Of a stretch of DNA of 64,000 bases, positions 1 to 9,700 are shown in pieces. Origin of the DNA: an uncultured virus (IMG/VR IMGVR_UViG_3300021961_010831) (taxonomy: Duplodnaviria; Heunggongvirae; Uroviricota; Caudoviricetes); the IMG/VR virus record IMGVR_UViG_3300021961_010831. One strand, given 5' to 3'. The first letter of the stretch is position 1. Every line of letters begins with the position of its first letter. The translations under genes were made by a program, and so were the position numbers. The notes beneath the pieces were generated by a model. That model did no database searches. It saw only the letters and a list, made by a program, of their open reading frames with translations, and was not told where the DNA came from.

Positions 1-3000
1 CGCCTCTTCTGCTTGTTTTCCCAAACTCTGTAATGTACTCGTGTTGGATTTAACCCAATTGGTATATTGTTCAGTTGTTTGGAATTTTTTAGTTGGCCAC
101 CATTCAGTCCAAAGTAAAACCAAACTGGCAATATAATCACTTTTGGTCGACCAGTTTAATTTACTCTGAGTTACAGAACTTGTTGTATTGTACAAAGTCT
201 TGAAGTAGTCATTTATAAAATCTACAGATTTTTCGAATGAATCAAATACCGCATAAGGTATTGAAATACCATCCGAACTTGTCCTACAACCAAATTCAGG
301 TCTGAAGAATACACGTCTTTCACTATATGAAATCCCACTATAAATTGTACCTCCGAAAGGAGTCCCTCCCAAGTCATAGTCCCAAGTTATGAACTTGTTG
401 TCATTATGTCCATTCAAATAAGCCGTGAAGAATACAATACCTTTCAAAGCATTATCAGAAATTTTACTCTTAATCTTTGTTGCCAACTCTGAGAATGTAA
501 TTTCACGTTTAGTTGTTTCAATCCCTTGGTAATTTCTATACCTAATATTTGCAACTTGCATGTCTGCAACACATCTTGCCGGTGAAGCTGCAGCGAACAC
601 TTGATTACTTCTAATTGAATTACCCACAGAAATTACATTATTGGATACTGTCTGTGCATCAGTTTCTTTAAGCCTTTGTACTTGTTGAACTAATTCGCTG
701 AGTAAATTTTCATTCAAACTAACAAGTTGTTCAGTGATCTTTGGAATTGACGCAACAGGCATTCTCATACCAGTAAAGAACGTCTTGAAGTCGCCAGGTT
801 GTATTACGTGCTCAACTGACTGTATCATGTATGGTCCATAGAACATTGGTACACGTTGTAAATTAAAGTACATTGTAGGTTGTATCATAACATTCCCCAA
901 CGACTCTACACGACATTCATAACTTCTTACTTTGTAATAATTGAATAATGATACACTTTGAGATGTGGCTCGTTTCCCACCCGCAGTAAGGGCAACATCG
1001 GTAACAACTCTGTTCGATTCTGTGGTTGCTGCGGCTCCATTTTGGTCTAATTGAATACTATAAAAAATGCCTTGGTTTCTTGTTCCAAAATCAACATTAA
1101 ATCCTACCACTTTATTTGAATTAGCAAAATCCGTTTTTTCATCCATATCTGCGTATATTGGATTATCACCACCACAATTGAAATCAAATGAATCTGATCT
1201 CCATTTGTAATTCTCGTTTGCTCTAAAATTTAAGTGTTCGGATGGTTTACCAACATAGTAACAAACCAATTTTGGTGAAGATTCTCTGTAATCAACATCC
1301 AAAAATGTCCCAAATAAGGAATTCGCCATATCTTGACTAGTTTCCGTTCTAGGTCGTTGACCGTTTACAACTTCACCAACACCCCAAAAGTTGATATATG
1401 CAGGCATCGGCATCATTTGGAATTTATTGTCAACAAAAATTTTACTTACAAAATCAATAACCCTCGCATTTGTAACTGTAGATCCTGATAAGAATTCTTT
1501 CAGTTTTATGACATCCATCAAGACAGTATCACCAATATCTCTATTAGCACGATCCAAAAATAGAACATCTTGAAATAAAGTTCTCTCTCTGAATTCACCA
1601 CCTGCAATCCATTTATCATTGAATGCTTTGAATGACTCCCAAAAATCTATCTTTTGTTGGTTACCATCTAAAGTCGATAAAATTGGTTTTTCATTGGTCT
1701 GCTCAACGTTTGGTAATTGTTTCTGTAAACTAAAGAATAATTGAGTTAAAATCTGACTTATGAACTTATCATTGTCGGTATAGTAATTATTGATTGCTTG
1801 TGTAAAATCATTTGAAGTATAGTTTCCGTCGGCCAATAATTTTTGTGTACCATATATTTTTATCAATGGAGCAAAATTTTGAACGTTTTCCTCGGTAAAT
1901 TCTATATTTAAATCCACAAAGAAGTCGGTGTAGTAACTACCGCTGTCACTATATTGAATTCCTGGTGTGGTTCCAAAACCTACATAAGTATACATGTTTC
2001 TCCACGCTGCTGGATTTAGTGAAATAGAAACTGCAAGAGTTGTTGATCCACCTTGGGTAGGTAAAGTACCACTTGTGTAGGCGTTCCATGTATACCCATC
2101 AAACACTTTATTAGAAGGATTCGTGGTAAAACTACCCCAAAGTCTTCTATCAAAATTACTTGGGTTTCCAATTTTTAAGGCAATATCATAATTCAAGAAT
2201 GATCTAACTGTGTTTGTAATTTTTTCAGCTTGTAAAGCACCAACTTTTTTCACGTAGTCTTCATACGGAAGTTGGTTGTCAACAACATCAATTGACATCA
2301 TTTCTTGGAACATAGTTTGGAAGTTTTTATTTTCCAAGATAGAAAAATCTAAACTACTATCAGTTTGAGGAGAACAGAAATTTAAAAACTCGGTTTCAAA
2401 CTCATCCAATATCTCCTTTTTCAAAACACCGAAAATTTCTTCAATGTTACTATAATCGGTTTGTAATTCAAAAGGTTTATTATTGGTTGTATTGGGAAGA
2501 ATTTCTTTAAAGTATTCATCATAATTTGGTTTCGTGATACTTGGAAGTTCAAAATAACCATAGTTTGGTGATGACCAAAAAGTTCTTGCAGAACCATCAT
2601 AAATCGCGGTGTTGTTGAAAACTTCTTGAGTAAGGGTTTTTCCTGTTGGTGAATTTTTAAAACATTCTTCAGAAACTTGGTTGGCATTACTTGCGAATGA
2701 TGGAATAATAATTGTTTGGTTTTGAGTTAACCTATTAAATTTTGCAGAATCTTTAGAATTGAAACTGACGTACCATGTTCTGAAGTTCAACATTCTTGTT
2801 GGTGCGTTATTATCAAATCCCAAAGGAAGTTCGATCGAACTTTTCGGTATGTTACCAACGTTTAATCCTTCACTTATAGCACTCTGAATTTCAGCATCCG
2901 AATATGTTGTAAATAAATCTTGACCTGTAAAAATATAATAATAGTTATTTATCAGCTTTGGATAAAATCCAACGTTCATCGTTGAATTTGTAATTCCAGG

Positions 3001-6000
3001 TACAGTCAAATTATTCTGACCTACAATACCTACAGATTTATTTTTTTGATTTTGGAAATTATATGGTTTCTGAAGGTTTTGAGTGATCGGATCATACAAA
3101 TCAAAATAGTTTATATTGTTCCATACAGGATTAAGAATATCTGTAGATGTTTCAATCCACTTCTTATATCTGTGCCATATTGAGCCATACTTCAACACCC
3201 AAGCATACGGAAGTTTGTGAATACCTCCGAACTTTGTCATCGTTGCAAAAATGTAATCCAAATCAGTATTTTGTGTTGGCGTTACATTTTTATACTTTTC
3301 TCTAAGTGTACTCAACGGAAGAGAATTCAAAAACAGATATGCTGGAACAACATAAGCCTGATTGTCACCACCTTTTTGTCTTGTTACAGCATCATCTATT
3401 GCATTGATAAAAAATGGAGTGTTCATCATCGACGTTGTCTGTTCAGGAACAAGTCGTCCTGTTTTATTTGTATATGTGATCGGTCCTTCCGTCACCAAAT
3501 AATCGCCAGAAATTGTTCGTTCCAAGTAAAAACTATCGAAACTTTTATTTAGACCGTTTACATTTTCTAACTCAGGAAGATTTACAGTTAGATATTCTCC
3601 GCTTGTGAAAGGTCTGTTTTCATTTTGTGACAAACCATTTTGGAAGTTTGTTATAAACTTTTTAGTTTCGTTTACATAGAGACTCTTTGTTGTGATGTAA
3701 GGATCCGAACTTGTCGTGAAGGTCGATAAATTAAATTTTGTCCAATTTGAATCAACAAATGGATATAAATCGGCAATGTCTGTTTGATTCGACTTTGAAT
3801 CTTTTATAAAATCTCGGATTTTATTAAGTGAATCAACATCTTGGCTCGTTGAATCGGATGAATTCGAAAACGTGGTGTTCGGCAATATTCCATAATCTTT
3901 GGCTGTTATGGCTCTTAGATATTCTGATGTGAAAATACCACGAATCAATTGTTGCCAACTCGGCCCTGTTCCATCGTTAGATGAATTTCTAAGAACATCC
4001 AAATAGTTCACTGGAGATAACGCCACGTTTTTCAAGATTTTTGTCAATTGTGGACTCGCACCCAATAGAGCGGTTTGAATGTTTACGTTTTCAATATCAG
4101 ACAAGGTCTTGTAAATTTCGAAATTTTCTTGTTGTCCTTTAGATAGTCTGTCCCAATAAGCGGACAATAAAACCCTTTCATAAATTTCATATAAGAACTT
4201 CACATTTTGATAATCAGAATATGGGAAGTTTGTCATAGGAAATTCCACAGCATTTACTGACAATCTAGTGATAGTTCGTGATAAATTCGCATTTCCATTC
4301 GGTGATGGTGGTGCATCCAAAGTTTTTGCAAGTCCCTTGATGTACTCCTCAACAAATTCTACCTCAGGCCAAGCAACATAATCATTAGCACCAGTTATTG
4401 CAATTTGACTTGGTTCACCCGGGTATCTAATTTCGAATGGTTCATCATCTGCAGCATTTGTGTTAACCAAATATTGAGGCCATGGGTATACAGGTTCGTT
4501 AGCCAGACTAGGAACACTTGTCGTAGGAGTCAACTGACTTGTGTCAGGACTTGCTGATGCCACAGTAGGATTAAAAATCGCCTGTCTCCTCTTCTTATTC
4601 AATCTCTGACTCCAAGCGTCCGTGTGGACATCATCCAATAATAAAAAGAACCCCTCAATAGAGGCAAAAATCATCGCCATTATGTTTCTCAACGACGGTC
4701 TAAAACCAAGTCCATTCGGACCCTCTATTTTTTTCTCCAAAAACTTTCCTAACGCAACAACAACTTTCTCCTTTTGTTTGTTAACTTCATTGGTAAGTTG
4801 TTGAAATAATCCGTTGAAATTATTTTTACCATCAAATACGAAATTGTAGGTTGGATATAATGCCGCCGTATCCCCCACGTTAGTTTGGGTTGGTCTAAAT
4901 AAACTCGCAGATTTTGTTTTTAAATCTAAGACTTCCAACGGAGAACCTTCTCTTTTGTTTCGAGCTAAATAAGTTGCCTCCCAATCAATATCATTTACAC
5001 TTATAGCCTTTCTGAATGTGTCTTCAATAACCGCATTATTTTGATCCACACTATTAGAGGGATTTATGACAACCAATTTATTAATAGAAGTAATTTTGGA
5101 AGAATCATCTGTAATATCCCCCACCGTAAATGATCCATTCAAACCCAAGGTTGGGTTTTTACCCAAAGCGGTCTTATAGGAATCTACGATCTGTTTAAGT
5201 TGGGTATACGCATTGACACTGGCTTGAGTATCCGAGGCAATATTATTTTTGAACAAATAAACATACAACTCCTCAGGTTCTTCATTCGAAGGAGTGTCAT
5301 CAGCTTTTGACTTATAAACAAAAATATTTTGAGTGTCAATATACCTTGAATACCATGAGTTTTCATTTGATGAATACACGTCATTATACAGGTCCACCAA
5401 AAGTTTGTTGTAATTCTGAATGTCCGATAAAGGACTAAAGTCCACCTGACCAAATCCTGTAATAATGTTTCTTTGTAGTAATTCCAAACGAGCTAACAAT
5501 TCAGGTATAGATAACTCAGGTAAATCCACCGGAATCAATCCTGCAGATTTGTAACGAGCATACATGTTCTTGATTGCTGAATATCCACGTGTGGATCTTA
5601 CAGTCTGAGTGGAGGCTTTGTCATTTCCTAACGAGGCTCTCGCCGCTTGTACCGCAGGGGGTTCTTGACCTGTACTCTGAATTCTAAAATCTGAAGAGTA
5701 CATGTAAGGAAGGGCAAACAACGCTCCGACTTGTGTTTCGGCTAATATGGTATATTTGTAAGCGTAGAATACCAAATTGATCCTGTAATTTCCTGTGTTA
5801 CCTTCAAACGCTGCTGAGAAGTTTGTGAGGATAAGTTGGTACCTTATCGCCTTACCATAATAACCCTTGAGAGTTAAATAAAAGATTGGATAAGGTAAGT
5901 TGAAGAATGCCGCATATTCTGAGTTCTCCCCCTTCTCAAACAACGCTCTTCCTTGAGTGTCAATAAGTGTCATCTCGACTGTGGGGGTGGCACTTCTTGT

Positions 6001-6450
6001 GTTCTTAATTCTAATTGATTCTATTCCCAACAATCCTGTATCCAAAGGATTAATTACGTTTTCGGATATGTAAAACTGATCAGTTTTATTTTCTTGTTGT
6101 ATGTTACTTCTACTTGGTTGGTTGGTTCCTTTACCACTCTGTGAATTGAGTCCTGTAATCTCATCCAAATAATCATTTCTGAGCTGGGTTCTTCCACCAG
6201 GTCTCAAAAAGTTCATCGAGGCTAACGGTACGTTTCTAATGGCATCCGAAATTGGGGCACCTACGGCTAACTTCGTTCGGGGAATTACACGAGCCTCAAG
6301 ATTGGCATACATAACCAAATCTTCGTGTGCAAGTTTTCTTTCCGATACTGTTCCGTTATCATTTTGTGTTTTGTTTGGGTCAACCAAAATGATATTTTGA
6401 CAGTCGAAATCAACAAAAATATTATTGTTATTTCCTAAATTATCGGCCAT
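1..6450 (-). CDS. Very large baseplate hub protein (gp27/VgrG-hub-like), 3'-truncated by the window edge, at least 2150 aa
   Basis: Absent from the ORF track because it has no stop inside the window. I read ATG at 6450 (MADNLGNNNNIFVDFDCQNII...) and spot-checked the frame open at ~5400, ~3000, ~850 and 1. It contains LGNVMIQPTMYFNL..PMFYGPYMIQSVEHVIQPGDFKT, typical of contractile-tail hub proteins, and follows a gp53-like gene. Confidence 0.75.
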   Translation of the reverse strand, partial: MADNLGNNNNIFVDFDCQNIILVDPNKTQNDNGTVSERKLAHEDLVMYANLEARVIPRTKLAVGAPISDAIRNVPLASMNFLRPGGRTQLRNDYLDEITGLNSQSGKGTNQPSRSNIQQENKTDQFYISENVINPLDTGLLGIESIRIKNTRSATPTVEMTLIDTQGRALFEKGENSEYAAFFNLPYPIFYLTLKGYYGKAIRYQLILTNFSAAFEGNTGNYRINLVFYAYKYTILAETQVGALFALPYMYSSDFRIQSTGQEPPAVQAARASLGNDKASTQTVRSTRGYSAIKNMYARYKSAGLIPVDLPELSIPELLARLELLQRNIITGFGQVDFSPLSDIQNYNKLLVDLYNDVYSSNENSWYSRYIDTQNIFVYKSKADDTPSNEEPEELYVYLFKNNIASDTQASVNAYTQLKQIVDSYKTALGKNPTLGLNGSFTVGDITDDSSKITSINKLVVINPSNSVDQNNAVIEDTFRKAISVNDIDWEATYLARNKREGSPLEVLDLKTKSASLFRPTQTNVGDTAALYPTYNFVFDGKNNFNGLFQQLTNEVNKQKEKVVVALGKFLEKKIEGPNGLGFRPSLRNIMAMIFASIEGFFLLLDDVHTDAWSQRLNKKRRQAIFNPTVASASPDTSQLTPTTSVPSLANEPVYPWPQYLVNTNAADDEPFEIRYPGEPSQIAITGANDYVAWPEVEFVEEYIKGLAKTLDAPPSPNGNANLSRTITRLSVNAVEFPMTNFPYSDYQNVKFLYEIYERVLLSAYWDRLSKGQQENFEIYKTLSDIENVNIQTALLGASPQLTKILKNVALSPVNYLDVLRNSSNDGTGPSWQQLIRGIFTSEYLRAITAKDYGILPNTTFSNSSDSTSQDVDSLNKIRDFIKDSKSNQTDIADLYPFVDSNWTKFNLSTFTTSSDPYITTKSLYVNETKKFITNFQNGLSQNENRPFTSGEYLTVNLPELENVNGLNKSFDSFYLERTISGDYLVTEGPITYTNKTGRLVPEQTTSMMNTPFFINAIDDAVTRQKGGDNQAYVVPAYLFLNSLPLSTLREKYKNVTPTQNTDLDYIFATMTKFGGIHKLPYAWVLKYGSIWHRYKKWIETSTDILNPVWNNINYFDLYDPITQNLQKPYNFQNQKNKSVGIVGQNNLTVPGITNSTMNVGFYPKLINNYYYIFTGQDLFTTYSDAEIQSAISEGLNVGNIPKSSIELPLGFDNNAPTRMLNFRTWYVSFNSKDSAKFNRLTQNQTIIIPSFASNANQVSEECFKNSPTGKTLTQEVFNNTAIYDGSARTFWSSPNYGYFELPSITKPNYDEYFKEILPNTTNNKPFELQTDYSNIEEIFGVLKKEILDEFETEFLNFCSPQTDSSLDFSILENKNFQTMFQEMMSIDVVDNQLPYEDYVKKVGALQAEKITNTVRSFLNYDIALKIGNPSNFDRRLWGSFTTNPSNKVFDGYTWNAYTSGTLPTQGGSTTLAVSISLNPAAWRNMYTYVGFGTTPGIQYSDSGSYYTDFFVDLNIEFTEENVQNFAPLIKIYGTQKLLADGNYTSNDFTQAINNYYTDNDKFISQILTQLFFSLQKQLPNVEQTNEKPILSTLDGNQQKIDFWESFKAFNDKWIAGGEFRERTLFQDVLFLDRANRDIGDTVLMDVIKLKEFLSGSTVTNARVIDFVSKIFVDNKFQMMPMPAYINFWGVGEVVNGQRPRTETSQDMANSLFGTFLDVDYRESSPKLVCYYVGKPSEHLNFRANENYKWRSDSFDFNCGGDNPIYADMDEKTDFANSNKVVGFNVDFGTRNQGIFYSIQLDQNGAAATTESNRVVTDVALTAGGKRATSQSVSLFNYYKVRSYECRVESLGNVMIQPTMYFNLQRVPMFYGPYMIQSVEHVIQPGDFKTFFTGMRMPVASIPKITEQLVSLNENLLSELVQQVQRLKETDAQTVSNNVISVGNSIRSNQVFAAASPARCVADMQVANIRYRNYQGIETTKREITFSELATKIKSKISDNALKGIVFFTAYLNGHNDNKFITWDYDLGGTPFGGTIYSGISYSERRVFFRPEFGCRTSSDGISIPYAVFDSFEKSVDFINDYFKTLYNTTSSVTQSKLNWSTKSDYIASLVLLWTEWWPTKKFQTTEQYTNWVKSNTSTLQSLGKQAEEA

Positions 6451-6760
6451 AATAGAAGAAGTAGTTGTCTACACCATTTTTATAATCTTGTAATGATGAT
6501 ACAAGTGGGAATGGAATTGTCAACACAGAGTTGTTTGGTATGTTCCATTCCAACCCACCAAACTGAGGATTTGCTTGTAGAATCAACCAACCGAAAAAAG
6601 GTGTTCCGTAAAACTCCTGAGATACTTTATCTAATCTACTAATACCAACTCTATAAACATATCTTTGGTCAGTGGTTTTCGATGGTAATGGAATGAACGG
6701 AACTACGGTTTGTTCTCCATTGACAAAAAACTGTTGGTATCTGTTGTAGTAAGTTTGCAT
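6440..6760 (-). CDS. Baseplate wedge protein, gp53/LysM/tail-X-like
   Basis: RLDKVSQEFYG..FGWLILQANP...VLTIP motif; position in the baseplate cluster. Confidence 0.8.
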   Translation of the reverse strand: MQTYYNRYQQFFVNGEQTVVPFIPLPSKTTDQRYVYRVGISRLDKVSQEFYGTPFFGWLILQANPQFGGLEWNIPNNSVLTIPFPLVSSLQDYKNGVDNYFFYYGR

Positions 6761-6761
6761 A

Positions 6762-9700
6762 TTAGTTGAACTTTCTCTTGAAGTTGTATGGGTTTATTTG
6801 TGATGTGTCATTCTTGGCCAAATAGATATTTTGGAGGGTATTCTTTATGTTGTTTGGTGCCGTCAATGTAGTTTCAAATATTGTAACCCTTTCTTGTGTT
6901 TTACCAAAGGATGGTGTATACTCAACAAAAGATAATCCAACTGTGGAAGTTTTGAAGGTAGGAATCAAAGTTTTGTTTTGATCGTATATTTTTTTCCATA
7001 CACTATACCTTGACGATGCGTTACCCAATCCATCATAATAGAAATCTACAGCATTTTGTGTCGCCTGATCTAATCCTGTCTTCAGAGCGTTTAGGAAATT
7101 TTGTTTGTTACCTTGTAACATAGCCTTAGACATCATCATATATTCTAATTTTGCATCATCGGTAGGTAACAGTGTGTTTGTGAGATTCTCACTTGGTGGG
7201 GGAGTGTAAGCCCCTGATGATTTGTCGTAGGCATTTCCTACATAAATTTCAGCGTTCTGAAGTTGGGTAACATAATCGTTGATGTTTGTAGCAAGTGTTG
7301 TTGCGTCAACACCCAATTGAGTGTATGTATTAACCGTACCTCCATTGAATGTTTCGGTCGTTCCTGTAGTAATAAAGATTTCCGCAATATTTTGTTTACT
7401 TACCTTTCCATCATATCCATTAGTTGCTGCAGGTCCCGCTAATAGGAAATTCAACCTGTCAAAATTGAATACCAAATTTTGTTGATTCTGAACCACAGTA
7501 GAAATATTTTCGGAAATTCCATCGGCGAAATTGTTTTTATAAGTGTTGATGAAATCCTTATAGTTTTTCTTGAACAATCTTTTCTGTGCAACAGTAATCA
7601 TTGGATTTTTGAATACGTTGTCATCAAAAATAGGTATGTCATTTCCATCAATCGCCGAAATTAGTTTTGTAAAGGAGTTATCAAGATTTTTCTGTACTTG
7701 TAAACTCTTACCAATAATTGCCGTTGTGTTTCCGTTGATGACACCTGTGTTATACCCAACATTTTTTCCTGAAGTATCATTTACAAGCGATAGGATACCG
7801 TAGTTGTAGTTATTCAAAATATTCTCGAAATATATAAGTCCGGCGTTGAAGTAATCCTTGGTTTGATCAACCATTCCGTCCATAAATGTTTTGTAACTCA
7901 ATGTTCCTGTTACACCTGAAGAAGTTTGACCTGTTACGGACTGTGTACCTATGGTATTACCACCATCAGTAGAAAGACCGTTTTGAACATTTTTAGCCCC
8001 AACAACAGGTGTTTGATTTTGAATTGCTTGAATTATTTCTTTGTCCAACTTAGTAGTATCTTCTGTTGCCTCGGCTCTCTCATCATACATTTCAGTGTTG
8101 GCGTAGTAATTGAATGACAATGCGTTTTGTAACGTGTCAATCGGATTTTTGAGACCCATTCCCCCAACAAAATTGAAACTCATAGACACATCCACAATCA
8201 TGGGTTGGAAACCAATTCCTTCGGGGTTCATATCAAAAGTTTTATCGTAGGTGAAATTAATACTCTTTGGAATAATTTTGGTGTTGTAGAAATCACCAAT
8301 TCTAAGAACCAACACCGGAGGTGCTCCAAACGCAGTATTTGTGGCGTCATTATAAAGTTTCTCACCATCAGGACCTATTGTTGGAATTGTATCTCCAGGT
8401 CTAGTACATTGTTGTAGGAATGTTAGACGTGAATTTAAACCCTCAGGGGTCATAGAGTGGAATGCCGGTTGGAAGTACTTAATTTTTTCTTTGATAGAAT
8501 CATAGATGAATGGATTTGCCACTTTCATAACTTCGAAGTAATCACATTCACTCAAAAGATATCTTAATAATTTCTTAGACGCTCCTTTGTACAAATATTG
8601 TGTCGGTTGTTGTAACGCTTGGGTATTGCCGGTTCCTGGTTTTTCAGGTTGTATTTTTTTTCCGTCCTCTAATAGTTGAGCACTAACACCAACGTTGTTA
8701 GGTTCGGGTTGTGTGATAACAGGTTCGATTGTAATTTTATTAACAATGACCGCTCTACAAGCCATGGCGTCAACGGAATATATTTTGTCATTACCTGTAA
8801 GGTCCTGTGTACATGAGAATGGTCCCAAGGTAATATTTCCAGCTCTAGGGGTCGCACGACTCTGCTCTCCTTGTGGATTTCTTGTAAAAACAACCTTACC
8901 TTCATCAATGAATTTTTTCAAACTTTTACCTCCAGGGAACTGAAAAGAGTTGAAGAAGTTTTCAACGGAAGAAATTCTTCTCGAAGATAATTTTTCGTTG
9001 TACTCAACTGTTTGAGGAGATGAAGCACTACCAATTAGATCAACAACGATCTTCTGTGCTTGTTTTTGTTCCAAAATATTGTAAATCTTGGTACCTAATT
9101 CTTGAATTTGGGCATAGTTCTGTTCTACGGTGTCTTGGAAAAATAATTCTACACCAGTTTTTTGATTAGCCCTGCTCTGATAGACTTGTTTGTTGGATGC
9201 TGAAGTATAAGTGTTATAGGTATCCTGAAAGTTTGTTGACGTTGTCAATGAAGGGTTTGTACCTGGAATGTCATTATCAAAGTAAAATCCATTTTTTTCA
9301 TATGCAACCAAAAAGTCTGCAGATATCTGCTCGGAAGCTGAAGGACCCGTACCCCCACCTGTAGGAACCACAGTTTCTTGTTGTTGTAAGAAATTGACAG
9401 CATCTTTATATTGCTCGTTGGTAGTCTTTGGATTATTAATAACTTCTTGCCATGCTTGTAACTCAGTCATTGGTATTGTGTTATAAATTTTTGCCAGTTC
9501 GTATATATCATACTTTTTACATCCAGCAAAAAATGAATTTACAATTGAGTCTACTTTTGGTCTGTCCCCTTCGTTGGCAAGAACTTTCTGAACGATCAAG
9601 TTCAAAATAGACGGATGGTCAACAATTATTTTCCATTTTAGAGACCCGCTTCTCTGTGTTGATTTATATGTATAAATCGGTTCAGGTCTTCCCAAGAATG

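Noticed and set aside
1391..5453. Short ORFs listed in the track within 1-6450
   Set aside because: They are shadows of the single large minus-strand hub ORF; the same applies to the short antisense or out-of-frame ORFs inside other long genes and to those at 63179-63629
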